Of a DNA stretch of 64,000 nucleotides, positions 26,614 through 37,903 are shown one piece after another. The notes below the pieces were generated by a model that worked only from the letters and a program-made list of their open reading frames with translations, had not been told where the DNA came from and ran no database searches. The number at the start of each line of letters is the position of its first letter. Position 1 is the first letter of the stretch. Source of the stretch: a virus; the IMG/VR virus record IMGVR_UViG_3300043436_002834, positions 1 through 64,000 of that record, one strand, 5' to 3'. Position numbers and translations under genes: made by a program.

Positions 26614-26862
26614 ATGTCAGAACAAACCAACCAAGAAACAGACAGAGAATACACTGAAGCTGAGTTAAATGCAATGCGTGAAAAAACCATCAAGTATTAT
26701 GCTCAGCAAAAAAAAGTATTGACTAGTCAATGTGAAGTAGAAGAATTAAAAGCAAGAATTAAGAAAGCACAATTTGAAGCATTTGATTATACAGTTCGCA
26801 TGATGCAGATCAATCAAGCTATAAAAGAAGCAGAAGATGAAGTAGAACAAAAATCTGAATAA
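26614..26862 (+). CDS. Small coiled-coil protein
   Basis: 82-aa ORF behind TATATTTG promoter. Confidence 0.65.
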   Translation: MSEQTNQETDREYTEAELNAMREKTIKYYAQQKKVLTSQCEVEELKARIKKAQFEAFDYTVRMMQINQAIKEAEDEVEQKSE

Positions 26863-26864
26863 TT

Positions 26865-27230
26865 ATGGCCAAGGCATTAGTAGTAAATAAGCAAGTGCCT
26901 TTATCTTTAAAAGAAGTAATTAAGTTTCAAATAAACATGTATTGCTTTATTAATAAGATAAGGCTTAGTCCTGCGCAGTTAGACTGTTTATCATTGCTAG
27001 GACTTTATGGTGACATCAATATGTCTGATTTTTGTGCGGAAGTAGTATCTGAAGAAATTTTTGGAAATGTACAGACTACTAGAAACTTTATAACCAAATG
27101 TGTTAAAGAAGATTTAGTTACGCGCAGTGGATTAGGTAATAAAATTGTATCCATAAATAAGAAATTAGAGTTATTAACAGAAGGCACAATTTTACTTAAC
27201 TTAAAAGTGTATCACGTTGAGACCAACTAA
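26865..27230 (+). CDS. Winged-helix DNA-binding protein
   Basis: LSPAQLDCL...VQTTRNFITKCVKEDLV HTH pattern. Confidence 0.55.
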   Translation: MAKALVVNKQVPLSLKEVIKFQINMYCFINKIRLSPAQLDCLSLLGLYGDINMSDFCAEVVSEEIFGNVQTTRNFITKCVKEDLVTRSGLGNKIVSINKKLELLTEGTILLNLKVYHVETN

Positions 27231-27582
27231 AGCAAAAGAGTTAATTAAAAAAACTGCAGAAGAACTTAACTTAAATGAAGAACTAGTTAAGGATGTTGTA
27301 GATTTTTATTATTCAGTTGTTGTAAAGAAAATTGAAAACTTAGAAACAACTACAATATTCTTACATGGTTTAGGGACTTTAAGACTAAGCAGAAAAAAAT
27401 TAGATTTTCAAATTAGAAATCTTAAAAAACTGCTAGATAGTAACTCTCAAGAAGACTTTAAGAAAGTGGTTAAGTATAACCTTTCTAAAGCTATGCTTGA
27501 TAGCAAAGAAAAGGCATTAGAAATGTGTAATGATTATTATAAGGAATTATATGAAAAGCGTTATAAAGATTTGGAAAAATAA
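27217..27582 (+). CDS. IHF/HU-like DNA-binding protein
   Basis: ELIKKTAEELNL...V..VV...IFLHGLGTL; crAss synteny. Confidence 0.7.
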   Translation: MRPTKAKELIKKTAEELNLNEELVKDVVDFYYSVVVKKIENLETTTIFLHGLGTLRLSRKKLDFQIRNLKKLLDSNSQEDFKKVVKYNLSKAMLDSKEKALEMCNDYYKELYEKRYKDLEK

Positions 27583-27871
27583 AAATCAAATTTTAGAAGG
27601 CATTAAAAACAATATTTTTAAATCTGAAGATGTAGAAATAATTGCTAATGAAAGATGGGTTATTTGTGAGGGTTGTCCTTTATTAGATAAAAAAGGTTCC
27701 AAGTGTTTAGTTCCAGGCACCGGTCCATGCTGTGGATCATGTGGTTGTAGCATGGGTCTTAAATTAAGATCTCTTGGATCAGAATGTCCAGAAGGCAAAT
27801 GGGATGCTGTATTAACACATGAAGAAAATTATTTATTGCAACAAAACTTAAAAAAAGAAGACAATGCCTGA
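27551..27871 (+). CDS. Zinc-binding protein
   Basis: ICEGCP...CCGSCGC...K.R....CPEGKW. Confidence 0.7.
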   Translation: MKSVIKIWKNKNQILEGIKNNIFKSEDVEIIANERWVICEGCPLLDKKGSKCLVPGTGPCCGSCGCSMGLKLRSLGSECPEGKWDAVLTHEENYLLQQNLKKEDNA

Positions 27872-28145
27872 TATTAATTCAATACCAAGTGTAGATTCAA
27901 TGATATGGGGCGGAACATCTACTCATAACGGAAATGGTCTTTTTGCACATAGTGGCGGCAGTACAACTATTCATAGTCTTAATAATCACTTAGAAGAAAT
28001 TGAAATAATTGCTGATTTATTAGCTGCAGGTATAATTACATCTGATTCATATTTTAAATTAAAAACTTTACTTCGCTCAACAGATTTGGAAGTAAGACAA
28101 CTTGGACTAAAATTTATATCAGAAAAATCTAAATTAGAAATATGA
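27864..28145 (+). CDS. Hypothetical protein
   Basis: Overlap-coupled ORF. Confidence 0.6.
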   Translation: MPDINSIPSVDSMIWGGTSTHNGNGLFAHSGGSTTIHSLNNHLEEIEIIADLLAAGIITSDSYFKLKTLLRSTDLEVRQLGLKFISEKSKLEI

Positions 28146-28981
28146 GTTTAAAGTTTTATTCAGAAGAACACAAGTATGTAAGTGATGATGATTCAGAAAA
28201 AATTGACTGGATCAGTGTTACAAGATTGATACATGCTTTTAAAGAACCTTTCAATACTCAGGTAATGGCTGAGGCTTGTTCTAAAGGAAAGAATCCCAAG
28301 TACAATAAAATGACTCCTCAAGAGATTATTGATTTGTGGGAAAAAGAGAATAAGCGAGCAGTTGCTGTTGGGTCATGGTATCATGATCAAAGAGAAAGAG
28401 ATTTGCTTTCATGTAATACCATTACCCGCCAAGGAAGAGAACTTGAAATTATTAATCCTCTTATGGATGGTAATATTAAGTTGGCCCCATCTCAACAACT
28501 TGTAGAGGGTATTTATCCTGAACATCTTGTTTATCTTAAATCTGCAGGTGTTTGTGGACAATCAGATAGAGTAGAAGTAGTTTTTGATCTTGTTGATGTA
28601 TTTGATTACAAAACCAACAAAGAAATTAAAATGGAAGGGTTTAAGGGAAAAGGCGGTAAAACAAAAAAAATGTTGCCTCCTTTGTCTCATTTAGATGATT
28701 GCAATTATAATGATTATGCATTGCAGTTAAGTACTTACATGTATATTATTTTAAAACATAATCATCATTTAAAACCAGGTAAAATTCAATTAGATCATGT
28801 TGAATTTGAAGTTGAAAAATTAGATGAAAATGGATATCCAATAGTATCAACTGATGCTATGGGTGATCCACTAGTAAAAAAAGTAACACCTTATGAATTG
28901 CCATATTTAAAAAAGGAAGTTATTGCAATGTTTAAGTTTTTACAAGAGAATAGAGATAAAGTTTTAAATCATGGCCATTAA
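28142..28981 (+). CDS. PD-(D/E)XK nuclease (crAss-type)
   Basis: E...CGQSD...DYKTNK...Y.LQLSTY. Confidence 0.85.
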   Translation: MSLKFYSEEHKYVSDDDSEKIDWISVTRLIHAFKEPFNTQVMAEACSKGKNPKYNKMTPQEIIDLWEKENKRAVAVGSWYHDQRERDLLSCNTITRQGRELEIINPLMDGNIKLAPSQQLVEGIYPEHLVYLKSAGVCGQSDRVEVVFDLVDVFDYKTNKEIKMEGFKGKGGKTKKMLPPLSHLDDCNYNDYALQLSTYMYIILKHNHHLKPGKIQLDHVEFEVEKLDENGYPIVSTDAMGDPLVKKVTPYELPYLKKEVIAMFKFLQENRDKVLNHGH

Positions 28982-29483
28982 GTTATTTGACATACAGGGA
29001 GGTAAGGTTGTTCCTACAGAACATTGCCATACACTACCCTTTTTAAAAAGAATCATGAACGAGTATGAGGATAACCACTTGGCTATCTTGGCATACCTGT
29101 TTTACATGTCTTGCCGCAGTTCTGAGAACCCTTATTTTAATAGACCGCAAGATGAAGTAGAGGAAGAGATTCTACGGGATCTAGAAGCAAACTTTGATCC
29201 GGAAGACAGATATATCAGAATGGCTCTGGACCGATGTAAAGATATGTATGAAACACCTACCGTTAGAGCATATAATGGTATTGCAAACATGTTAGAGAAA
29301 TTAGCATTGTATATGGAGACGCAAACAATTACTGATGGTAGAGATGGTAACATTACTGCTATTGTAAGTGCTGCCAAAAACTTTGATGCAATTAGAAAAT
29401 CATTTAAAGGTGTTGCTAAAGATCTTGAAGAAGAACAATCATCAAGAGCAAGAGGTGGACAAAAACTAAGCTACGATGATTAG
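28971..29483 (+). CDS. Conserved protein upstream of TerL (candidate small terminase)
   Basis: Synteny; C-terminal RARGG. Confidence 0.55.
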   Translation: MAIKLFDIQGGKVVPTEHCHTLPFLKRIMNEYEDNHLAILAYLFYMSCRSSENPYFNRPQDEVEEEILRDLEANFDPEDRYIRMALDRCKDMYETPTVRAYNGIANMLEKLALYMETQTITDGRDGNITAIVSAAKNFDAIRKSFKGVAKDLEEEQSSRARGGQKLSYDD

Positions 29484-31701
29484 AGATGACTTGGGAGAGG
29501 TTTATGAAGATATTCCTCTCTGGCATAATGGTGTATGGACTACGCATAATTTTTCTAGCCGTGAAGAAATGGCAGATGAATTAGAAACTAATTATTTCAA
29601 AGAACCTGGAGAATACCAATTTGATGAAATAATCAAAGAGTTTCAAAGAGAAGGTATCAAGTTTAAAAAACATGGTTACTTCTGTGATGCTCCTGATGGC
29701 ACCAAAGATTTTATTGATTATTGGAATCATGAAAAACTAAAATCTAGAAAAGGTGTATTATTTTGGAAAGATGACCGCAAGTTTTATTTACCAAGAGACT
29801 ACTATTTTTGGATTAACTTTTTACCTATTATTGATAAGATCAAAAGAAAAACTGATTTACCTGATATTCATGATGCACAGTATCACATGTCATTATATGA
29901 ATGGATTGGTGAGTTAAAATATAGGCATGGGGTTGTACTCAAAAAGCGCCAGTTTGGATCTTCTTTTTACCATGCAGCCAAGCTTATAAATATTCTTTGG
30001 TTTGAATATTCACCTGTACTTAAAATTGGTTCTTCTCTTAGCGCTTATGTTACAGGGGTAAATGGTACTTGGAAAATGTTACAAGAATATCGCATTTTTT
30101 TAAATACTCATACAGCTTGGTATAGACCAATGAACCCAGGAGGAGTTGGAGAATGGCAACAGAAAATTGAATATGTAGAAGGTGGGAGAAAGACTGAAAA
30201 AGGTAGAAAAGGAGTATTGCAAGCCTTATCTTTTGAACAATCAGATACTGCCGGTGTAGGGGGTTTATGTACCTTATTCTTTTATGAAGAAGCAGGTATT
30301 GCTAAAAGTATGGATAAAACATATGAGTTCATGCTTCCTGCATTACAAGCCGGTGAAATTACAACTGGTTATTTTATTGCTTCAGGAACCGTAGGTGATT
30401 TGAAACAATGTGAGCCATTGCGTAAATACATGTATAAAGCCCAAGGTAACGGATTTTATGAAGTACCCAACAAATGGGCTGATGCAAAAGGAACAGTTCT
30501 TAATACAGGTTTGTTTATTCCTGAACAGTGGTCAATGCCTCCATATATTGATGAGTTTGGTAATTCAAAAGTAGATGAGGCTTTAGAAGCGCTAGTTGAA
30601 TTAAAGAAACAGTGGAAGAAAGATTTGGATCCGGAAACATATCAAATTAGATGTTCTCAGCGACCAACAAATATGGAAGAAGCCTTTGCCTTTAGAGGTG
30701 AAAGCATTTTCCCATTAGAACTTGTAAAATCACATAAGCGGGATATTGAAGAAGGAGATTATCCATACCGATGCATTAACCTTGCTTATGATAACAAGGG
30801 TGACATTATTGCTAGTCCAACAACCAAGAAACCAATTCTAACCTTTCCTATAGAAAAGAATGCCGAAGATAAATCAGGTGCTATTCAAGTATGGGAGGAA
30901 CCAGATGAAGAAAAGGAATTTTGCACAACTTACTATGCTTCTGTTGACCCCGTGTCTGAAGGTAAAACAGTAACTTCAGACTCATTATGTTCTATCCATG
31001 TTTATAAGAATCCAGTTCATATACAAAGAGTAATGACCAATGGAGAAGTAGAAACATTTATAGAAGGAGATAAAATTGTATGTGCTTGGACAGGGCGATA
31101 TGATGATATCAATAAAACTCATGAAAGATTAGAACTAATTATTGAATGGTATCAGGCTTGGACTGTAGTAGAGAACAACGTGCCTTTATTTATTCAGTAC
31201 ATGCAGTTTAAAAGAAAACAAAAGTATTTGGTACCATCATCTCAAATTGTATTTTCAAAAGAGATACAAATGTCCAAAACACAATTTCAGCAATATGGTT
31301 GGCGAAATGTTTCTACAATATTTAAAACTGTAATGCTCAGTTATTTAATTGAGTACCTTAGAGAAGAATTAGATGTAGAAACTGATGACTCTGGAAAGAT
31401 ATATAAAAAGCATTATGGTATATCTAGAATACCGGATTACATGTCTATGGTTGAGATGGAACACTATCAGCCTGGAGTCAACGTGGATAGATTAATTTCA
31501 TTAGCAGCCTTAATTACTTTTGTAAAAATACAGGAAGCAAGTAGAGGATTAAAGAAAAGAGTTGAGTATGATAATGAAGAACATTTGGAAAAGTCAGAAA
31601 ATTTGTATAAATTAAATAAGAGTCTCTTTAGGCATATTGGATCAAGCAGTGAATCTTTATCAATGAAGAAGCCGCGCAATCCATTTAAAAATATTAGATA
31701 A
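29476..31701 (+). CDS. terL: Terminase large subunit
   Basis: LKKRQFGSSF Walker A, FYEEAG Walker B, ASVDP and NVDR nuclease motifs, crAss-type. Confidence 0.93.
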   Translation: MIRDDLGEVYEDIPLWHNGVWTTHNFSSREEMADELETNYFKEPGEYQFDEIIKEFQREGIKFKKHGYFCDAPDGTKDFIDYWNHEKLKSRKGVLFWKDDRKFYLPRDYYFWINFLPIIDKIKRKTDLPDIHDAQYHMSLYEWIGELKYRHGVVLKKRQFGSSFYHAAKLINILWFEYSPVLKIGSSLSAYVTGVNGTWKMLQEYRIFLNTHTAWYRPMNPGGVGEWQQKIEYVEGGRKTEKGRKGVLQALSFEQSDTAGVGGLCTLFFYEEAGIAKSMDKTYEFMLPALQAGEITTGYFIASGTVGDLKQCEPLRKYMYKAQGNGFYEVPNKWADAKGTVLNTGLFIPEQWSMPPYIDEFGNSKVDEALEALVELKKQWKKDLDPETYQIRCSQRPTNMEEAFAFRGESIFPLELVKSHKRDIEEGDYPYRCINLAYDNKGDIIASPTTKKPILTFPIEKNAEDKSGAIQVWEEPDEEKEFCTTYYASVDPVSEGKTVTSDSLCSIHVYKNPVHIQRVMTNGEVETFIEGDKIVCAWTGRYDDINKTHERLELIIEWYQAWTVVENNVPLFIQYMQFKRKQKYLVPSSQIVFSKEIQMSKTQFQQYGWRNVSTIFKTVMLSYLIEYLREELDVETDDSGKIYKKHYGISRIPDYMSMVEMEHYQPGVNVDRLISLAALITFVKIQEASRGLKKRVEYDNEEHLEKSENLYKLNKSLFRHIGSSSESLSMKKPRNPFKNIR

Positions 31702-34436
31702 TGGAAATTTTAAATGCAATAGATTTAAAAAAGGGTAAAAGAACCAAAAAAAATAGATTTGGTGTTTTTACTCAACCAATTCAATTTGTTCCTTCTGATG
31801 AAAAAGATGATGAGTGGTCAAAGTGGAATATAGATTGGCTAGAATGGCAAGGGATTAAACAAATTCAAGCTAAGGCAAGACGCATAATGAAGAATTATAA
31901 ACTTGCTAAAGGAACAATTGATAAGACAGATTACCTGCCAGATGTTGAGAATGAAATGACTGAAATGGTTGAGGTTTTAACCGAAGGTCAAAATGAAGCT
32001 TTGGAATTAAAGTTCTATCCTATTATTCCAAATGTTATTAACACAATGGTTTCTGAATTTGCTAAAAGAAATACTAAGATTGACTACCGTGCAATTGATG
32101 AGTATTCTTACAATGAGATCATGGAAAAAAAGACTGAGGAAATAAGCAAAGTGCTTGTTGAATATGCTCAGCAAAAGTTAGTAGCTAAGATGGTAGAAAT
32201 GGGAATGGATCCTAATTCTGAAGAAGCTCAACAACAACTTGATCCAGAAGCATTAAAAAAATTACCAGAGATTGAAGATTTCTATTCTAAGAAATATCAA
32301 ACTATGGCTGAAAGATGGGCAGTTAAACAACATGCAATTGATGTTAACCGCTTTAGAATGGATGAAATGGAAGAACTTGCTTTCAGAGATTCATTAATTA
32401 CTGATAGTGAGTTTTGGCATTTTAAAATGCTTGAAGATGATTATAACATTGAGTTATTAAATCCAGCATTATCATTTTATCATAAATCTCCTAATGTTCA
32501 TTATATTTCACAAGGTAACTGGGCAGGATGGATAGACATGCTTACTATTTCAGATGTAGTAGATAAGTATGGCTACTTGATGACTGCAGAACAGTTAGAA
32601 ACATTAGAATTATTACATCCGGCTAGATCAGCAAGATATATGATTGATGGTATTCCTAATGATGGATCACTATACAACTCAGATGATTCTTATGAATCTA
32701 ATCGTAGATCAGGTGTTGATATGCGCAGGCATCTCTCTTTCCTAGAGAATGCTCATGACCCCCATGATGTTGTATCTTATATTGTTGGACAGAGTGAACA
32801 TGCAGGTAACTTACACACTGTGGAATTACTGCGTGTTTCTACTGTATATTGGAAGACACAACGCAGAGTTGGCCAATTGACTAAGATTGATGAAGATGGA
32901 GCAGTTATTACTGAGATAGTAGATGAAAACTATGTGGTAACTACTAAACCTATTTACAACAAAGTATTTCAGAAAAAAGAAGCTGCTGATAATTTAATCT
33001 TTGGCGATCACATAGATTGGTTTTGGATTAATCAAGTATGGGGTGGTGTAAAAATTGGAAATAACAGAACAATCTTTAATACTGAAACTGATACTGACTT
33101 TGATCCAATCTATGTTGGTATTGACAGACAGAAACCAGGACCGCTTAAATTCCAATTCCGTGGTGATAAAACTATGTATGGTGCCAAACTACCAATTGAA
33201 GGAAAAGTATTCTCTGATAGAAATACTAAATCAACTTCTTTGGTGGATTTAATGAAACCTGCACAAATTGGATATAACATCTGTAATAATCAAATTGCAG
33301 ATATTCTTGTTGATGAATTAGGTTCTGTAATTGTATTAGATCAAAATGCAATTCCTAAACATTCAATGGGTGAAGATTGGGGTAAAAACAATTTGGCTAA
33401 AGCATATGTAGCAATGAAAGACTTTTCAATGTTACCTTTAGATCCAAGTATTGCCAATACTGAAAATGCTACTAACTTTCAGCATTATCAAGTATTAAAC
33501 CTTGAGCAATCAAACCGATTGATGTCTAGAATTCAATTGGCTAATTACTTTAAACAGCAAGCCATGGAAGTTGTGGGATTAAATCCACAACGAATGGGTC
33601 AGCAATTGGGTCAAACAAATACAGCTACTGGTGTAGAACAAGCAGTATCTGGTTCTTATGCACAAACAGAAACTTATTTTATTCAACACAGTGATCATTT
33701 AATGCCTCGTGTGCATCAAATGCGTACTGACTTAGCCCAATACTACCATTCTAATAAATCATCTGTTAGATTGCAAGGAATGATCTCTCCAGATGAGAGA
33801 ACAAACTTTGAAATTAATGGAACAGATTTATTGCTTGTAGATTTAAATGTATTTTGCCAAACAAATGCAACTAATAGAAATATGCTTGAACAACTTAAAC
33901 AAGTGTTCATGAGTAATAATACTACAGGTGCATCAATCTATGACTTAGGTAAAGCAATACAAGCTGACTCAATTGGATCACTTAATGGTATTCTTAAAGA
34001 CATTGAGCAAAAAACTGAAGAGAGACGCAAAGAAGAAATGCAGCATCAAGAACAAATGCAGCAAGAGGAAATCAAAGCTAAACAAGCAGAAAAACAAATG
34101 GTGTTTGACCATGAATCTCGCGAGAAAGAAAAAGACCGCAGATCTAGATTGCTTGAAGCTGAGATTAAAGCTGCCGGTTATGGTGCTATGCAGGATGTTA
34201 ACAAAAATGAGCAATCCGATTTCCAAGATGTTCTCAAAGATGTTAAGCAGTCTGAGCAATATGCTGAAACCATGAACTTTAACAGAGAAAAAGAGTCTGC
34301 AAAAAACAACTTGCATCAACAGAAACTTGACTTAGAGAAACAAAAATTGATGAATGAGTCTCAAAATAAGCAAATTGAGTTTGCTATTGCTAGAGAAAAC
34401 AAGAACCGTTTTGATCAGAAAAAACCTAATAAGTAG
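31701..34436 (+). CDS. Portal protein
   Basis: FYPIIPNVIN...EF, SLVDLMKPAQI.YN, QRMGQ...TATG; follows TerL. Confidence 0.9.
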   Translation: MEILNAIDLKKGKRTKKNRFGVFTQPIQFVPSDEKDDEWSKWNIDWLEWQGIKQIQAKARRIMKNYKLAKGTIDKTDYLPDVENEMTEMVEVLTEGQNEALELKFYPIIPNVINTMVSEFAKRNTKIDYRAIDEYSYNEIMEKKTEEISKVLVEYAQQKLVAKMVEMGMDPNSEEAQQQLDPEALKKLPEIEDFYSKKYQTMAERWAVKQHAIDVNRFRMDEMEELAFRDSLITDSEFWHFKMLEDDYNIELLNPALSFYHKSPNVHYISQGNWAGWIDMLTISDVVDKYGYLMTAEQLETLELLHPARSARYMIDGIPNDGSLYNSDDSYESNRRSGVDMRRHLSFLENAHDPHDVVSYIVGQSEHAGNLHTVELLRVSTVYWKTQRRVGQLTKIDEDGAVITEIVDENYVVTTKPIYNKVFQKKEAADNLIFGDHIDWFWINQVWGGVKIGNNRTIFNTETDTDFDPIYVGIDRQKPGPLKFQFRGDKTMYGAKLPIEGKVFSDRNTKSTSLVDLMKPAQIGYNICNNQIADILVDELGSVIVLDQNAIPKHSMGEDWGKNNLAKAYVAMKDFSMLPLDPSIANTENATNFQHYQVLNLEQSNRLMSRIQLANYFKQQAMEVVGLNPQRMGQQLGQTNTATGVEQAVSGSYAQTETYFIQHSDHLMPRVHQMRTDLAQYYHSNKSSVRLQGMISPDERTNFEINGTDLLLVDLNVFCQTNATNRNMLEQLKQVFMSNNTTGASIYDLGKAIQADSIGSLNGILKDIEQKTEERRKEEMQHQEQMQQEEIKAKQAEKQMVFDHESREKEKDRRSRLLEAEIKAAGYGAMQDVNKNEQSDFQDVLKDVKQSEQYAETMNFNREKESAKNNLHQQKLDLEKQKLMNESQNKQIEFAIARENKNRFDQKKPNK

Positions 34437-34565
34437 AAAATTTATCAATTATAACTATAGTATTGCAAAAACTTTTTTGTGCACCAAAAATAGTTAAACA
34501 TATATTATTTACAATTGAATAAATTTGCTTATATTATATCATAGTCAGTAATTAAACCAACAAAA

Positions 34566-35846
34566 ATGACAGAAGAAGAAAAAGCAGCTCAAGCAGCTGC
34601 ACAAGTCTCTAGCGCAGCGGTGCAAGAGATTGAGTTTGACAACATTGATGATTTGTTAGGAATCCCTTCCGCAAGTTCTGTTATAGCTCCTGCGGATACT
34701 AAACCATCAGTATTGAAATCAAACAAAGTTGACATATCGTTCTTAGATGAGATTAGTGATGATGATACTGAATCTATTCAAGACCCTGATGTAGCAAAAG
34801 CTGTAGTATCTTCAATTGTTGATGCGCCACTTTTAAATACAGATGAAGAAGAAGATGATGATCAAGCGCAAGTCAACAAAGGAGGAAGACCTAAATTAGT
34901 TAAAGATGCAATGGTGGAAGCCGCAACTAGACTAATTGATAAAGGAATTCTACAACCTTTTGATGATGGAAAAGCATTAGCTGATTATACAGTTGATGAT
35001 TTTGAAGAACTCATTCAGGCAAACATTGACTCACAAACAAGTGAAGTTGCACAAAATGCACCAGTTCAGTTGTTTCAACAGTTACCTGAAGAAGTTCAAG
35101 CGGTTGTTCATTATGCTTTAAATGGAGGTCAAGATATTAAATCGGTATTTAATCAATTGGCTAAAGCACAAGAAACCTTTGACTTAGATGTAAAAAAGGA
35201 AGAAGATCAAGAAGTAATTGCTAGACAATACTTAAATCTTACCGGATTTGGATCTGTAGAAGAAATTGAGGATGAGATTAATGTTCTTAAAGATAGAGGG
35301 GACTTAGCTAAATATGCTGAAAGATACAAACCGAAGTTAGATTCACGCCAGGCTGAAGTAATTGAAAAAAGATTACAAGATCAGCAAAGTGCACAGGCGC
35401 GCAAGGTTGAGATGGAAAAGAAATACCATGATGTTGTTTATTCAACATTAAATGCTAAAAACTTAAATGGTATTCCATTAAATAATAAAGTTCAAACAAT
35501 GCTTTATTATGGCTTAACAGATGCAACTAAGTATCAAGACTCAAAAGGAAATCCTACAAATGCATTAGGATATCTACTTGAGCAACATCAATTTGGTCCA
35601 AAAGCTAATCCATCTTTAGTTGCTGAAGCACTTTGGTTGTTAGCTGATCCGGTTGAATACCGCAATTCAGTAAAACAATTAGGTGCAAACACAGCTAATG
35701 CAAATACTGTTCGCCAATTAAGAACTGAAGAAGCTTCAAGAAATGCTTCATCAACTGGAATTGGAGAGCAGGCATCAAATGCTGGAAGAGTTACTGCTAA
35801 AAGAGAGCCCGTTAAAAGGCAAGGCAGATCACTTTTTTCCAGATAA
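34566..35846 (+). CDS. Acidic scaffold-like capsid assembly protein
   Basis: Acidic N-terminus, between portal and MCP. Confidence 0.65.
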   Translation: MTEEEKAAQAAAQVSSAAVQEIEFDNIDDLLGIPSASSVIAPADTKPSVLKSNKVDISFLDEISDDDTESIQDPDVAKAVVSSIVDAPLLNTDEEEDDDQAQVNKGGRPKLVKDAMVEAATRLIDKGILQPFDDGKALADYTVDDFEELIQANIDSQTSEVAQNAPVQLFQQLPEEVQAVVHYALNGGQDIKSVFNQLAKAQETFDLDVKKEEDQEVIARQYLNLTGFGSVEEIEDEINVLKDRGDLAKYAERYKPKLDSRQAEVIEKRLQDQQSAQARKVEMEKKYHDVVYSTLNAKNLNGIPLNNKVQTMLYYGLTDATKYQDSKGNPTNALGYLLEQHQFGPKANPSLVAEALWLLADPVEYRNSVKQLGANTANANTVRQLRTEEASRNASSTGIGEQASNAGRVTAKREPVKRQGRSLFSR

Positions 35847-35878
35847 TTAAATAGTAAACAATTAAATAATAAATAAAA

Positions 35879-37495
35879 ATGAGTACACCAGTTCTAAATA
35901 ATGGTATGTTCCTCCGGGACAACTATTACACAGCAAGCTCTCATGTGGATTCTTACCACTTGATGAATTTGATGAAGGATGCACAACCAGATGACTTAGG
36001 TCCAATTGAACTTTGGGCGCAAGTTAAAAAGTTGGAAATGCCTTTGTATCAAATGTCATCTTTCAATGGTAAGAATGTTATTGAGGTAAACCACCCTCGT
36101 GGTGAATACAAGTGGTCAACACCTGTATCAGAAGAACTTCCTTTCATCATGGAAGATCTTGATCCATCAAATACAGCAAAAGGTATTGATGGTACACCGT
36201 TCAAAATCAAATTGAACAAGCGCGTATTTGGACATGGTGATATCATCACTTATGACAAATTCAATGGTAAAGAACTTTACATTACTGACGAGGATATCCT
36301 TGACATGGGTGATGGCTTTATCTATACTGTTCAGATGCCAAACAATGATTCATCTGCAACATTTGACAACCGTTTCTTGACTAACAACACTTATTTCTTC
36401 CGTGTAGGTTCTGCACGCGGTGAATATGGTGAGCGTTACTCTGATATCTCTATGACTCACACAAGCCGTGAGTTCTACAACTATGTTGGTAATGCTGATG
36501 CTCACGTTCACTACACAATCTCTTCTAAAGTTAAATTGATGGAGAAAGGTGGTATGCAAGCTGATGGTTCTGTACCAGTTGTTGAGATTTGGAAAAACTT
36601 TGATACAACCATGGATCCATCTATCAATACTTTAGAAGGTATGGTTGCAGCAAAAGGTCAAGGTTATGTGAAAAAAGCAATGGACAATGGTAACCTTGTT
36701 CGCTCTTTCATCACTAAACTTGAAGCAGCTCACCTTTCTAAAATTGCTTATGACATTGAAACTTACCTTATGTGGGGTAAAGGTGGTCGCATTAAGCAAG
36801 ATGGTCCAGATGATCTTCGTTTGTCAGTTGGTTTGTGGAAACAATTAGACTTGTCTTACAAGCATGTTTACAACAAATCTGACTTCCGTCTTGATATCTT
36901 CCGCTCTGAGATTTTCAACTTCTACAATGGTAAAGTTGACTTCCAAGGTCCAGATCCAAAACGTGAGTTGATTGTTCAAACCGGTATGGGTGGTATGCGC
37001 ATGATCAATGAGGCAATTAAGCGTGAAGCATTTGCATCAGGTCTTGTATTGAATGCTAAAGAATTGGATGCTGTTAAAGGTTCAGGAATGGACTTGTCTT
37101 ATGGCTTCTCTTTCACAAGCTACACTATTCCATTCTTGGCTAATGTGAAGTTTGTATTGAACCCAGCATTTGATAACCTTCAAAACAATGAGATTGAAAA
37201 CCCAATCATTGATGGTTTCCGTTTGTCTTCTTACTCATTTATCATCTTTGATATTACTGAGAACGGTCAAGACAATATCAAATTGTTGAAGTGTGCTTGG
37301 AACAAAGACCTTGTATGGCGCTATGTAAATGGTACTATGGACTATATGGGTCGTACACAAGGTTTTGCATCTTCAGGTAACTTTAATGGATACCAAATCT
37401 ACATGACTCAGGCAATGCCTGCAATCAAAGTAGAAGATCCAACTAAAGTGTTGAAAATTGTGATGCGTAACCCAATCACAGGAGGATCACTATAA
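35879..37495 (+). CDS. Major capsid protein
   Basis: crAss-type position and size; strong codon bias; followed by terminator. Confidence 0.88.
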   Translation: MSTPVLNNGMFLRDNYYTASSHVDSYHLMNLMKDAQPDDLGPIELWAQVKKLEMPLYQMSSFNGKNVIEVNHPRGEYKWSTPVSEELPFIMEDLDPSNTAKGIDGTPFKIKLNKRVFGHGDIITYDKFNGKELYITDEDILDMGDGFIYTVQMPNNDSSATFDNRFLTNNTYFFRVGSARGEYGERYSDISMTHTSREFYNYVGNADAHVHYTISSKVKLMEKGGMQADGSVPVVEIWKNFDTTMDPSINTLEGMVAAKGQGYVKKAMDNGNLVRSFITKLEAAHLSKIAYDIETYLMWGKGGRIKQDGPDDLRLSVGLWKQLDLSYKHVYNKSDFRLDIFRSEIFNFYNGKVDFQGPDPKRELIVQTGMGGMRMINEAIKREAFASGLVLNAKELDAVKGSGMDLSYGFSFTSYTIPFLANVKFVLNPAFDNLQNNEIENPIIDGFRLSSYSFIIFDITENGQDNIKLLKCAWNKDLVWRYVNGTMDYMGRTQGFASSGNFNGYQIYMTQAMPAIKVEDPTKVLKIVMRNPITGGSL

Positions 37496-37511
37496 TCCTA
37501 CTACTAATACT

Positions 37512-37553
37512 AAAAAGGGAGGTGGATGCCAAGCAACTTCCTCCCTTTTTTTT
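37512..37553 (+). terminator. Rho-independent terminator
   Basis: aaaagggagg/cctccctttt stem plus T-tract. Confidence 0.75.
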
Positions 37554-37566
37554 AAATTAAAAAGTC

Positions 37567-37827
37567 ATGGCAGAAATTAAAGTAAGTGTATCAAGTCCAG
37601 ATCCTGTTTTAGCACGAACACCATATACTGAAGCAGCACCTGCAAGAATTGCTCATGTAAACGAGGCAATGAGATTATTAAAAGAAGAAATTGCTGCAGT
37701 AGGTACACTACCTGCATATACTGCAATTTCTGGTCAGTCTTCTGTTGCTGGATTGCAAGCTGCAACCAATGCAAAACTATTAGAAATTACTAATAAACTT
37801 AATGCTCTAATTACAGCATTATCCTAG
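37567..37827 (+). CDS. Small structural (head fibre-like) protein
   Basis: ARIAHVN motif; KLNALITAL trimerisation-like end. Confidence 0.6.
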   Translation: MAEIKVSVSSPDPVLARTPYTEAAPARIAHVNEAMRLLKEEIAAVGTLPAYTAISGQSSVAGLQAATNAKLLEITNKLNALITALS

Positions 37828-37836
37828 AAAGGTAAA

Positions 37837-37867
37837 TAGAGGCGGATTCAGTGTTCTGCCTCTTTTT
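37837..37867 (+). terminator. Rho-independent terminator
   Basis: agaggcgga/tctgcctct stem plus T-tract. Confidence 0.7.
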
Positions 37868-37903
37868 ATTATATTTGTCAGTCATAAAATAAACCAACAA
37901 AAA

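Noticed and set aside
29476-37495. Introns or inteins in TerL, portal or MCP
   Set aside because: ORFs are continuous, of expected size, with no intein or homing-endonuclease motifs
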